Shown: positions 1-9,376, counted from the stretch's first letter. The stretch: DNA of 56,828 nucleotides from Comamonadaceae bacterium (GCA_947476015.1 CANJOS010000001.1:1-56828), one strand, 5' to 3'. Notes: generated from the sequence alone by a model not told the origin. Program-made: numbers and translations.

Positions 1-1
1 A

Positions 2-190
2 AGCTACACCCTGCCTATGTTGAACGGCATCGTGGCCTTTGAGATGAAGGTGATCAAAGTCCAAACCAAAGTCAAACTCAATCAGCATCGACCTGAGGCT
101 CATGCAGCCATGCATGCGGCCTATGATTCAGGCAACGAATCGGAAAAAGCTTTGGCTGGCTGGATGCGCCGGCTCGGATTGGCTTCATGA
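2..190 (+). CDS. FMN-binding negative transcriptional regulator (PaiB family), 3' fragment truncated by the window edge
   Basis: Not in the ORF track. Frame 2 reads SYTLPMLNGIVAFEMKVIKVQTKVKLNQHRPEAHAAM...GWMRRLGLAS*. ML-x-GIVAFE...K-x-KL-x-Q matches the PaiB C-terminus. Its TGA overlaps the next ATG (ATGA 187-190). Confidence 0.75.
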   Translation, partial: SYTLPMLNGIVAFEMKVIKVQTKVKLNQHRPEAHAAMHAAYDSGNESEKALAGWMRRLGLAS

Positions 191-1593
191 TGGCTGATTT
201 AAAGTGGATGCATGAGGCCATTGAACTTGCCAAACAGGCGGGGGCTTCTGGTGAAGTTCCTGTGGGTGCAGTGGTCGTTCGAGAGGGGCTCATTGTGGGC
301 AGAGGTTGCAACGGACCTGTTGCCAACAACGACCCAACAGCCCATGCAGAACTCATGGCATTGCGCGATGCGGCTCAAACTATTGGCAATTACCGGCTTG
401 AAAACTGCACCCTCTATGTCACTTTAGAGCCCTGTACCATGTGCGCCGGGGCTATTTTGAATTCTCGCATTTCGCGGCTGGTATACGGTGCCTCTGAGCC
501 TAGAACTGGTGCTGCGGGATCGGTGCTGGATGTGTTTGCCAATCAAGGTCTCAATCACCACACAGAGGTGATCGGTGGCGTTTTGTCTGATGCATGCAGA
601 CAACTTTTGCAGGAATTTTTCAAGCCAAAACGTCTCAATCTGAAGCCCTTGCGAGAAGATGCCTTAAGACCACCAGACGAATGGTTTGAAGGGATACCTG
701 ATTACCCATGGGCAGCCCAGTATGTGTCAGATTTACCTTCCCTCAAGGGCCTGCGTTTGCACTATTTAGATGAAGGTCGAAGTGAAAATCTCAACGCCGG
801 TCAAGACCCATCCAGTCATCGACAGCTGACTTATTTGTGTTTGCATGGCAATCCTGCATGGAGTTATTTGTACCGAAAGATGATTCCCACTTTCACCACC
901 CATGGCCACCGAGTGGTGGCGCCAGACCTCATTGGTTTTGGCAAAAGTGACAAGTTTAAAAAACCCAATCAGCACAACTTTGATTTTCACCGCCAAGTTT
1001 TACTGGATTTGATTGAACGTTTGGATTTACACCGCATCGTTTTGGTTGTTCAAGATTGGGGGGGTATTTTAGGGCTGACCTTGCCTATGGACATGCCGCA
1101 TCGCTTTGCAGGTTTGTTGGCCATGAATACAGCCTTGGCAACTGGCACCCAGCCCTTGACTGAAGGCTTTCTGAGTTGGCGTGCGTGGTGTGAATCGAAT
1201 CCTGATTTTGAGGTTGCCAAGCTCTTTGCGCGCGGCAACAAGCACATGTCGATCGCAGAAACGCAAGCCTACAACAGTCCCTTCAAAGACCGCGGACATC
1301 GTGCTGCCTTGCATGCTTTTCCGCCAATGGTGCCTGAACATGAGAACAGCTCCGGTGCTGAAATATCAAGAAAAGCCCTCAATTTCTGGCGTCACCAATG
1401 GCAAGGCCAAAGCATGATGGTCATCGGTCTTCAAGACCCAGTGCTTGGGGAAGCTGGGATGCGCGAATTGCAGCAAAATATTCAGGCGTGCCCGCCACCC
1501 ATTCTTTTGCCGCAGGCTGGCCATTTTGTTCAAGAACATGGTCAACCCATTGCTGAATCAGCAGTTCAGCATTTCAAAGTAAGCACGTCATGA
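187..1593 (+). CDS. tadA: tRNA adenosine(34) deaminase TadA fused to a C-terminal DhlA-like haloalkane dehalogenase domain
   Basis: N-terminal ~150 aa: EVPVGAVVV, DPTAHAE, TLEPCTMC, TGAAGS, NHH. From ~661: ALRPPDEWF, LHYLDEG, LHGNPAWSYLYRKM, VQDWGG, GLQDPVLG, AGHFVQE. One continuous frame. Confidence 0.92.
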   Translation: MMADLKWMHEAIELAKQAGASGEVPVGAVVVREGLIVGRGCNGPVANNDPTAHAELMALRDAAQTIGNYRLENCTLYVTLEPCTMCAGAILNSRISRLVYGASEPRTGAAGSVLDVFANQGLNHHTEVIGGVLSDACRQLLQEFFKPKRLNLKPLREDALRPPDEWFEGIPDYPWAAQYVSDLPSLKGLRLHYLDEGRSENLNAGQDPSSHRQLTYLCLHGNPAWSYLYRKMIPTFTTHGHRVVAPDLIGFGKSDKFKKPNQHNFDFHRQVLLDLIERLDLHRIVLVVQDWGGILGLTLPMDMPHRFAGLLAMNTALATGTQPLTEGFLSWRAWCESNPDFEVAKLFARGNKHMSIAETQAYNSPFKDRGHRAALHAFPPMVPEHENSSGAEISRKALNFWRHQWQGQSMMVIGLQDPVLGEAGMRELQQNIQACPPPILLPQAGHFVQEHGQPIAESAVQHFKVSTS

Positions 1594-2498
1594 GTCATAT
1601 CTACATCTTTTCACCCTCCAGTGCAGTTCGCGACAAGACTGCGTTTAAGCGGGGCATCAAACGACTTGAAACCCAAGGTCATCACGTAGAAATTGATCCT
1701 GACGCTTTGAGCAGCCACCTGCGGTTTGCAGGTGATGATCAAACCCGATTGAAGGCCATCGGTCGTGCCGCCGCCAGTGGCGCGAACATTGCCATGATTT
1801 CTCGGGGAGGGTATGGGTTGACGCGCTTACTGACACAGTTGCCTTACCAAGCCATCGCCAAGGCCATCGACAAGGGCACTCAATTTGTGGGCCTGAGCGA
1901 CTTCACTGCTTTTCAGCTGGCGGTCTATGCAAAAACTCAGCGCATCACATGGCAAGGACCTGCGCTTGGAGAAGACTTTGGCCCGGAAAATGAGCCTGAT
2001 GAAATCATGCAAGCCTGCTTTGAAGATTTGTGCTTGGATCAAGGGGAGGGCACAGGTTGGCGCATGCCTGTGGCGCCGATGCCAAAAAATGTGAAGGTGA
2101 ACAACGCTGTTTTGTGGGGCGGTAATTTGGCGGTTCTCACATCGCTGCTTGGAACGCCTTATTTTCCAGCCATCAAAGGGGGTGTTTTGTTTTTGGAGGA
2201 CATTGGCGAGCATCCTTACAAAATTGAGCGCATGTTGACGCAACTGCTCAACGCAGGTGTTTTAAAAAATCAAAAGGCACTGGTGCTGGGTCAGTTCACA
2301 GACTTTAAGTTGGTCGCTCACGATCAAGGTTTTCAGTTGAAAACTGTGATCGACAGATTGCGCATGCAACTTAAGATCCCCATCTTGACAGGACTGCCGT
2401 TTGGACATGTTGCCACCAAAGTTTTGTTACCCCTTGGGGCTCGAGTCGATCTGGCCACTGAAGGCCGTGATGCGTTCTTGATTTGGGGTCATATTTAA
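1590..2498 (+). CDS. ldcA: Muramoyltetrapeptide LD-carboxypeptidase (S66)
   Basis: SPSS, RGGYG, GLSDFT (Ser), GGNL, LEDIGE (Glu), PFGH (His). ATGA overlap with tadA. Confidence 0.92.
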   Translation: MSHIYIFSPSSAVRDKTAFKRGIKRLETQGHHVEIDPDALSSHLRFAGDDQTRLKAIGRAAASGANIAMISRGGYGLTRLLTQLPYQAIAKAIDKGTQFVGLSDFTAFQLAVYAKTQRITWQGPALGEDFGPENEPDEIMQACFEDLCLDQGEGTGWRMPVAPMPKNVKVNNAVLWGGNLAVLTSLLGTPYFPAIKGGVLFLEDIGEHPYKIERMLTQLLNAGVLKNQKALVLGQFTDFKLVAHDQGFQLKTVIDRLRMQLKIPILTGLPFGHVATKVLLPLGARVDLATEGRDAFLIWGHI

Positions 2499-4981
2499 TG
2501 CAGTGGCAAAAAATTCGATGGCGCCGATGGTCTTTGCTGACCGTTTTGGCTCTTGTTTTGTTAAGTTTGATCGCTGTTGGCGCGTTTCAAATTTACTTAC
2601 TTCGATCCATTGCGCCGCTAACGGGTGTTCAAACATTGGCCAACTTGAGTGCTGGGGTAGAAATTAAACGCGATGCTTCAGATGTGACGCACATCCATGC
2701 CAAGACACCGATGGATGCATGGCGTGCCATCGGTTATGTGCATGCACAAGAACGTGGTTGGCAATTGGCCTTCAATCGACAAGTGATGCACGGTGAATTG
2801 TCTGAATGGTTGGGCGCCACCACTTTAGAAACTGACAAGTTGATGCGCACATTGGGCATCATGAAGTCTGCGCAAGCACAATTTGACAAGTTGCCTTTCA
2901 ACACACAAAAAGCGCTCGAAGCCTATGCAGAAGGTGTTCAAGCAGGGTATGCCAGTGCTCAATGGCGTGCACCTGAGTTTGTTATTTTAGGGATCAATCC
3001 AACCAAAACAATGAAGCCTTGGACCGCTGTCGACAGCGTGGGATGGGCATTGATGATGGCCCTCGATTTGGGTGGTAACTGGGGCAATGAATTTGCCCGC
3101 TTGATGTCTGCTCAAATACTGAGTACAGATGATCTGTGGAAACTTTTTCCACCTTACCCTGGTGAGTCTCGCGGCTCCAAAGTTGACATTGCAGCGCTTT
3201 ATCAAAATTTAGGTGTGTATGCCAAAGAAGCATCACCTCAAGCCAAAGTCTTGGCGACGCAACAGTTGTTGGCTTCCAGCACTTTGGATGTTGGCGTCTT
3301 TGAAGGCAAGGGCAGCAACAACTGGGTGGTGCCAGGTAGCAATACAAAATCAGGTTTGCCGCTGTTAGCCAACGATCCACATTTGGGTTTAAGTGCCCCT
3401 GCAGTTTGGTATTTTGCTGGGTTGCATGCGCCTGCGGGTCAGTTCCTTGACGGCAAGGCTCATGCTGCTTTGGATGTGGTGGGTGCCACACTGCCTGGCT
3501 TGCCTTTTGTTGTTTTGGGTCGAACCCAGAAGGCGGCATGGGGCTTTACCAACACGGGGCCTGATGTTCAAGACTTGTATTTGGAAGCCTTGGAAGGCAA
3601 AGACAATTACCGCACACCGCAAGGCCAACAAGCTTTCGTAACACGCGAAGAAGTGATCAAAGTGAAGGGGCAGGGCGATGTCAGTATCAAGGTGCGAAGT
3701 ACGCGCCATGGGCCTGTTATTTCTGATGTGCAACCTGCCTATGCACAGTTTTTGAACATGGACAAATATGCCATTGCCTTGCGCTGGACCGCCTTGGAGC
3801 TTGACAACCAAACCATCGTGGCTGGGATGAATGCAAATTTTGCAAACTCTGTAGCTGAGTTGCGCCATGCTTTTTCAAACAATCATTCACCGATGCAAAG
3901 TGTGGTGATGGCAGACACTCAGGGTCACGTGCTTTTCAAAGCAGTTGGGAAAGTACCTGTTCGCTCAGCAGCTCACGATTTGCAAGGCATGGTGCCTGCG
4001 CCCGGATGGTTAAGTCAATACGATTGGCAGTCCTCGATTCCGTATGAGCAAACGCCTGAAGTGGCGCAAGCTGAAATTGAAAAACGCGGATGGCATGCGA
4101 CGGCCAATCAAAAAATTGTGCCTGATGCTTATGCTCATTTTTTAACCAACGACTGGACCGGCCCTGAGCGCTTTGACCGAATTGCCAAATTGCTAACATC
4201 TGGTTCCAAATTTGAAGCGAATACTCTAAAGACCATGCAAGCCGACGTGCACTCACTGGCGGCAGTTCGCTTGCTTCCTTATTTGCAAACATTGACCTCT
4301 CAGCATGCAAAAGCAGGTGAGGCCTTGCCCATTTTGAAGTCGTTCAAGGGCGACATGACGCCTGATTCAGCCGGTGCTTTGCTTTATGCCGTTTGGATTG
4401 ACGAAGTGACAAGAGCCATTCTCATTCCGAAATTAGGGGAAGTACGTTTTAAAGCTTTGTTTGGAAAACGTGCTTTCCGTCCTGCCATCGAAGGTGTTTT
4501 GGCAACACAGGATCGATCATGGTGTGGTGATACAGGTTGTCAGATCTTGATGAACAAGGCTTTCGATTCGGCATTGGACAAAGTGGTGTTCATGCAAGGT
4601 TCTAAAGTGTCTGATTGGCGTTGGGGGCGTTCTCATCCTGCACTGAGTACCCACAAGCCATTTGGCAACGTCAAAGCCTTGGCGCCTTTTTTTGATGTCA
4701 CAGGTGCCAGTGGGGGGGATAACTTCACGGTCAATGTGGGTCAATATTGGACCAGCAGCGCAACCCTTCCTTTTGCAACCCGTCACGCAGCATCAATGCG
4801 GGCTGTTTACGACTTGGCCAATTTAGACGAATCTGGTTTCATTTACCAAACAGGCCAAAGCGGCCATCCGTTTTCTTCTCGCTATCAAGACATGAAGGAC
4901 GAATGGGGCCAAGCCAAGTACCGTCCTTTAAGGATGTCTGTGACCGGTCCAACCCAGACCTTGAAGTTGAATCCTGAATGA
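2498..4981 (+). CDS. Penicillin acylase family Ntn-hydrolase (S45), N-terminally membrane-anchored
   Basis: GYVHAQER, GSNNWVV (nucleophilic Ser), LLANDPHL, TRHGPV, TGQSGHPFS. Hydrophobic N-terminal helix. Start taken at ATG 2498 (TAATG overlap with the ldcA stop). Confidence 0.9.
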   Translation: MQWQKIRWRRWSLLTVLALVLLSLIAVGAFQIYLLRSIAPLTGVQTLANLSAGVEIKRDASDVTHIHAKTPMDAWRAIGYVHAQERGWQLAFNRQVMHGELSEWLGATTLETDKLMRTLGIMKSAQAQFDKLPFNTQKALEAYAEGVQAGYASAQWRAPEFVILGINPTKTMKPWTAVDSVGWALMMALDLGGNWGNEFARLMSAQILSTDDLWKLFPPYPGESRGSKVDIAALYQNLGVYAKEASPQAKVLATQQLLASSTLDVGVFEGKGSNNWVVPGSNTKSGLPLLANDPHLGLSAPAVWYFAGLHAPAGQFLDGKAHAALDVVGATLPGLPFVVLGRTQKAAWGFTNTGPDVQDLYLEALEGKDNYRTPQGQQAFVTREEVIKVKGQGDVSIKVRSTRHGPVISDVQPAYAQFLNMDKYAIALRWTALELDNQTIVAGMNANFANSVAELRHAFSNNHSPMQSVVMADTQGHVLFKAVGKVPVRSAAHDLQGMVPAPGWLSQYDWQSSIPYEQTPEVAQAEIEKRGWHATANQKIVPDAYAHFLTNDWTGPERFDRIAKLLTSGSKFEANTLKTMQADVHSLAAVRLLPYLQTLTSQHAKAGEALPILKSFKGDMTPDSAGALLYAVWIDEVTRAILIPKLGEVRFKALFGKRAFRPAIEGVLATQDRSWCGDTGCQILMNKAFDSALDKVVFMQGSKVSDWRWGRSHPALSTHKPFGNVKALAPFFDVTGASGGDNFTVNVGQYWTSSATLPFATRHAASMRAVYDLANLDESGFIYQTGQSGHPFSSRYQDMKDEWGQAKYRPLRMSVTGPTQTLKLNPE

Positions 4982-4995
4982 CAGACAGGTACTTT

Positions 4996-5023
4996 ACTTA
5001 ACATAATATACATCGTATAAAGT
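4996..5023 (-). other. dif: dif site (XerCD chromosome dimer resolution site)
   Basis: Minus strand reads ACTTTATACGA-TGTATA-TTATGTTAAGT versus E. coli GGTGCGCATAA-TGTATA-TTATGTTAAAT: identical spacer, XerD arm 10/11. Intergenic, between convergent genes. Confidence 0.92.
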
Positions 5024-5072
5024 AATGATGGGCTATCAGTCTCAGTTTTCCAGAATAGACGAGCCCCCGAAC

Positions 5073-5792
5073 TTATTGAGCAAGTGTTGGTTTAATCCGA
5101 GATTTGGCCTTGTCTGACGCATCCAAAGCTTCTAAGGCGAGCTGCATGACTCTGACGGTGTCAGGTCGTGCACCCTGAATAGCAAAGTCCATGGCCGTTA
5201 ACCCCAGCTGGTTCTTGACACTGATGTCAGCGCCTTCGTCGATGAGTAACTGAGTGACCTTGGCATTGCCATAGCGAGCCGCCATCATCAGTGGCGTGGT
5301 GCCATTGGGAGATTCAGCGTCTATGTAGGCGCTTTCTTCTAGCAGCAATTGAATGAGGCTCGTGTGGCCGCCTGTGGCTGCGTAATGGAGGGGTGTCCAA
5401 CCTGGTTGATTCACATCAGCTTGCCGACTGATCATGAGTTTGGCCATATTGATCTGGCCTTTAAGGCAAACCAACATCAAGGGCGTTTCACCATGTTCAT
5501 TTTTAACATTCAGCTGCGTTTTAGGGTGTCTGATCAAAGCTTCAAATGTTTTGAGAGCGCCATGTTTCCAAGCCCAAAGGATGGCGGGATCGCCGTTCAG
5601 ATTGACTGTATTGGGGTCAAAACCTCTTTTCAGAAGATGGTTGACGACGGCAACATCGTCAAACTGACCGGCCTTGAAAAAGTCTTCGTAAGAACCTGAG
5701 AAAACACTTGAAGAAGATAAAATTAATGCAATAAAAACATAACACTTTATGACTTTATTAAAGTTATATATAGATATTAAGAAAGCGCTCAT
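5073..5792 (-). CDS. Ankyrin repeat protein, probably exported
   Basis: Repeats GETPLMLV, GWTPLHYAA, GTTPLMMAA, GLTAMDFA. Hydrophobic signal-like N-terminus. Start codon uncertain (ATGA overlap with tatD). Confidence 0.88.
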   Translation of the reverse strand: MSAFLISIYNFNKVIKCYVFIALILSSSSVFSGSYEDFFKAGQFDDVAVVNHLLKRGFDPNTVNLNGDPAILWAWKHGALKTFEALIRHPKTQLNVKNEHGETPLMLVCLKGQINMAKLMISRQADVNQPGWTPLHYAATGGHTSLIQLLLEESAYIDAESPNGTTPLMMAARYGNAKVTQLLIDEGADISVKNQLGLTAMDFAIQGARPDTVRVMQLALEALDASDKAKSRIKPTLAQ

Positions 5793-6604
5793 GGTGATGC
5801 AGTCGTCACTTTTGTGAAAAGTTGGTCGAAATTTTGACTGGTCAATTCTGCAACCTCTTGCACGGAGATTCCACGAAGATTAGCAATCGTTTGTGCCACA
5901 TAGGGCACATTCGAAGGATTATTGGTTTTGCCTCGATGAGGTACGGGCGCCAAATAAGGACTGTCAGTCTCAATCAAAAGCCGGTCCAAAGGCACCCAAG
6001 AAGCCACATCTCGCAGGTCTTGAGCCGACTTGAAGGTCAAAATGCCGGAAAAAGAAATGTAAAAACCCAGATCAAGTGCGGCCTTTGCAACAGACTGACT
6101 CTCAGTAAAGCAATGAAAAACGCCCCCTGCACTGTCTGAATCACCCCGTTCACCCTCCTCCTTCAGAATTCGAACCGTGTCATCTGAAGATGAGCGTGTG
6201 TGGATCACCATTGGCAATTGAACTCGACGTGCCGCCCGGATGTGTGTTCTGAACCGTTCCCGTTGCCATTCCATGTCGACAATGGTTCGGCCACCTTTTC
6301 TCTCTTCCATTTGAAAGTAATCCAAGCCGGTTTCACCAATGGCGACCACGCGTGGCAAAACAGCCTTGGCGATCAGTTCATCCACTGTAGGTTCATGAAT
6401 GTCTTCATTGTCTGGATGGACACCCACCGTACTCCAAAAATTGTCATAGGAAGTGGCAAGAAGATGAACGCCTTCAAACTCTTCCATCGTGGTGCAAATG
6501 CAAAGGGCTCGACTGACTTGGGCCGCCGTCATCTTGTCCCGAATTTCGGACAAATTTGAAAAGAGCTCTGGAAATGAAAGATGGCAATGTGAGTCGGTAA
6601 ACAT
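5789..6604 (-). CDS. tatD: TatD family hydrolase (YcfH-like)
   Basis: DSHCHL, GVHP, IGETGLDY, IHTR, FHCF, ETDSPYLAP. Confidence 0.93.
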   Translation of the reverse strand: MFTDSHCHLSFPELFSNLSEIRDKMTAAQVSRALCICTTMEEFEGVHLLATSYDNFWSTVGVHPDNEDIHEPTVDELIAKAVLPRVVAIGETGLDYFQMEERKGGRTIVDMEWQRERFRTHIRAARRVQLPMVIHTRSSSDDTVRILKEEGERGDSDSAGGVFHCFTESQSVAKAALDLGFYISFSGILTFKSAQDLRDVASWVPLDRLLIETDSPYLAPVPHRGKTNNPSNVPYVAQTIANLRGISVQEVAELTSQNFDQLFTKVTTASP

Positions 6605-6605
6605 A

Positions 6606-7610
6606 TCAATGAGCCGAATTTAAAACTTCGCGCGCATCAGTGCAAAGAGATTCCAGCATGAGCCCTGCATTGAAAGGATGTTCAGAGCTACGTGACGCTG
6701 AGGAAAGTCGCTTAAACCATGCCGTGAGTTGCGAGAAAGAGGCTTTCACTTTTGGCAAATCAGTCGGATCAAAATATCGTACAGAAGAGGATGTTTGAAG
6801 CATCAATAAATCATGACAAAGTTTCTGCAAGGCATCAATCACTTCTGAGGCTGGCAAGTCGCTGCAAAAAGAAGCATCGCCCGCCAGCATGGCTCGCGGA
6901 AATTGCGACCACCACTGAATCGTTTGACCCAGTGCCATCTGTTTCAAAACTTCGTCTGGCCGCCCCCCTGCTGCTTTCAACAATGCTTCAGCATCGACCT
7001 TGGACAAGCCTTGCGAAGAAAGCCACATCACTGCATCTAGCGAGTCTGGCCAAGACAGGGTGTGGATGAGGCAACGGCTTCGAATGGTAGGCAACAGTTG
7101 GTGAGCAGCTTCAGTGGCCAAAACAAATCTCACATCGCCTGGCGGCTCTTCCAAGGTTTTTAAAAGGGCATTGGCTGTCACATGGTTCATGCGTTCAGCA
7201 GGAAAAATCAAAACCGCTTTTCCCCTGCCCCTTGCATTGGTTCTCTGAGAGAATTCGATGGCGTCTCGCATCGCTTCGATGCGAATTTCTTTGCTGGGTT
7301 TTCTTGTCTTATTGTCAATTTCAGACTGGGCTTTTTCAGAAAGCGGCCAACCCAATTCCAACAAAATAGTTTCAGGCATCAGCACACACAAATCTGCATG
7401 GGTGTGAACGCTGAGCGCATGGCAGCTGCCGCAAACACCACACGCTCCTTGGGCGGCGGCATCATTGGATTCACACAGCCACGCAGACACCAAGGCAGAA
7501 GCCAACGCATACTGCCCTAAACCAGAGGGGCCTTGAAGCAACCAGGCGTGACCTTGTTGCGACAATAAATGGAGGGTCTGTTTTTGAATCCAGGGCGACA
7601 AGGTCTTCAT
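6606..7610 (-). CDS. holB: DNA polymerase III subunit delta'
   Basis: [12 protein letters not shown], Zn cysteines (C...CGVCGSC), [21 protein letters not shown]. Follows tmk. Confidence 0.93.
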   Translation of the reverse strand: MKTLSPWIQKQTLHLLSQQGHAWLLQGPSGLGQYALASALVSAWLCESNDAAAQGACGVCGSCHALSVHTHADLCVLMPETILLELGWPLSEKAQSEIDNKTRKPSKEIRIEAMRDAIEFSQRTNARGRGKAVLIFPAERMNHVTANALLKTLEEPPGDVRFVLATEAAHQLLPTIRSRCLIHTLSWPDSLDAVMWLSSQGLSKVDAEALLKAAGGRPDEVLKQMALGQTIQWWSQFPRAMLAGDASFCSDLPASEVIDALQKLCHDLLMLQTSSSVRYFDPTDLPKVKASFSQLTAWFKRLSSASRSSEHPFNAGLMLESLCTDAREVLNSAH

Positions 7611-8239
7611 GCTTGGTAGGCCCGTTGAACAGCGATTAGCACGTCATGCCAGACAGCATCGCGAGATTGATTGGCATCAATTTGTGCAAAGCGTTTTGGC
7701 ATTTCAGCCATTCTCCGAGCATAAGCCGAGCGAACTTCGCGAAAGAAGGATTGCGGCTGGGATTCAAATTTGTCGGGCACGCGGGCTGTGGTCAATCTTT
7801 GTGCCGCCACTTCGGGGGGAAGGTCAAACCAGAGGGTTAAATCGGGTTGTCGCAAAACCGAAGCGGGAACATGCTGGACCATCCGCTCCAGTGACTGGAG
7901 GACCTCCCAATCAAAGCCCCTGCCCCCACCTTGGTAAGCAAAGGTGGCATCTGTAAATCGGTCGCAAAGAACGACATCACCGCGGGCCAACGCGGGTTCG
8001 ATGACCTGCATCAAGTGTTCTCTTCTGGCGGCAAACATGACCAAGGCCTCAGTTAAAGCATCCATCGACTCATGCAGTGCCAAATCCCGAAATTTTTCAG
8101 CCAGAGGTGTACCGCCAGGTTCGCGTGTGAGCGTGACAGCGTGCCCCTTGCCTTTGAACCATGCCGCTAAGCCCTCAATGTGGGTTGACTTTCCGGCACC
8201 GTCAATGCCTTCAAAACTGACAAACCAAGATTGGCGCAT
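7607..8239 (-). CDS. tmk: Thymidylate kinase
   Basis: [30 protein letters not shown]. Start taken at ATG 8239. Confidence 0.95.
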   Translation of the reverse strand: MRQSWFVSFEGIDGAGKSTHIEGLAAWFKGKGHAVTLTREPGGTPLAEKFRDLALHESMDALTEALVMFAARREHLMQVIEPALARGDVVLCDRFTDATFAYQGGGRGFDWEVLQSLERMVQHVPASVLRQPDLTLWFDLPPEVAAQRLTTARVPDKFESQPQSFFREVRSAYARRMAEMPKRFAQIDANQSRDAVWHDVLIAVQRAYQA

Positions 8240-8243
8240 GGCT

Positions 8244-9332
8244 TTATTGACCCCTCGTGGAAAGTCCACGCTGATATTTGTTCACGGCTTGATTGTGCTC
8301 ATCCAAGGATTCGCTGAAGTGGCTCGAACCATCCCCCTTGGCAACGAAATAAAGTGCATTGGAAAGCGATGGTTGAATGGCGGCTAGCAATGCTGGTTTT
8401 CCGGGCATGGCAATCGGTGTTGGCGGAAGGCCACCTCTGGTGTAAGTATTGTAGGGGGTGTCATTGCGCAAATCGACACGCCTTAAGTTGCCATCAAAGG
8501 CCTCTCCCAAGCCGTAAATCACAGTAGGGTCTGTTTGCAAGCGCATGCCAATTCGCAATCTGTTGTGGAATACGGCGGAAATCAGAGGCCGGTCGCTCGC
8601 TTTGCCTGTTTCTTTTTCGACAATACTCGCCAAGGTCAAAAGTTCATCGGGGTTGCGCAATAGCAGCTGAGACGGTTTTTGAGCCCACACTTGCCCCAGT
8701 TGCCTTTCCATGGCGAGCATGGCGCGCTTCATCACGGTCACATCGGTTGCGCCCTTGGCGTAGGAGTAAGTGTCAGGGTAAAAACGACCTTCAGGATGCC
8801 AGTCTGGGCGCCCCAGTTGCGCCATGATGGCCTGATCACTCATGCCTTGTGTGGTGATTTTCATCAAATCAGCTTTCAACAAGGCTTGACGAAATTGCTT
8901 GAAGGTCCAGCCTTCAACCAAAGTGATGTAACGCAAACTCTGTTCGCCTCGGGTGAGCATGCCGAGAACCATGTGAGGGCTCATGTCAGCGGTGACTTCA
9001 TAGTTGCCGGCTTTGATGCCGCGCGCTTGCCCTGAAAATCTGAACCAAAGCCACATCAATTGCGGTGAAACATCGGCCCCCGCGTTCACAATCGCATGTG
9101 CCACCGCTTTGGGGCTTGTTCCTGCGTCGATGGCCAGATCAAGAACTTGGGCTGAACTGGGAGCTGATTCTTGTCGATCGATCGGTTTGAAGCCCATGGG
9201 CATGTGCAGCCAAGCAGACGAGGCGGCAAGAATGCCCATCAGCATGAGCATTGAAAATGCAAAAAAACCCCGCCACGAACTTTTTTTTCGCGCCGAGTGG
9301 GACTTTTTGCTATTTTTCGAAGGGCGACTCAA
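8244..9332 (-). CDS. mltG: Endolytic transglycosylase MltG
   Basis: [48 protein letters not shown]. Start uncertain: TTG 9332 gives a basic N-tail plus TM helix; ATG 9251 is the alternative. Confidence 0.93.
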   Translation of the reverse strand: MSRPSKNSKKSHSARKKSSWRGFFAFSMLMLMGILAASSAWLHMPMGFKPIDRQESAPSSAQVLDLAIDAGTSPKAVAHAIVNAGADVSPQLMWLWFRFSGQARGIKAGNYEVTADMSPHMVLGMLTRGEQSLRYITLVEGWTFKQFRQALLKADLMKITTQGMSDQAIMAQLGRPDWHPEGRFYPDTYSYAKGATDVTVMKRAMLAMERQLGQVWAQKPSQLLLRNPDELLTLASIVEKETGKASDRPLISAVFHNRLRIGMRLQTDPTVIYGLGEAFDGNLRRVDLRNDTPYNTYTRGGLPPTPIAMPGKPALLAAIQPSLSNALYFVAKGDGSSHFSESLDEHNQAVNKYQRGLSTRGQ

Positions 9333-9364
9333 ACCTTGATGCCTCTGGATTTGCCAGCTCAGAT

Positions 9365-9370
9365 CATAAT
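9365..9370 (+). promoter_or_regulatory. Putative -10 box (CATAAT) 6 nt before the ygfZ ATG
   Basis: CATAAT-tcaggc-ATG, with no properly spaced SD. Confidence 0.5.
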
Positions 9371-9376
9371 TCAGGC

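Noticed and set aside
4982-5072. Possible Xer-integrated element (IMEX or filamentous phage) at dif
   Set aside because: Only one dif-like sequence was found, the gap is 91 bp, and both flanks are chromosomal-type genes.
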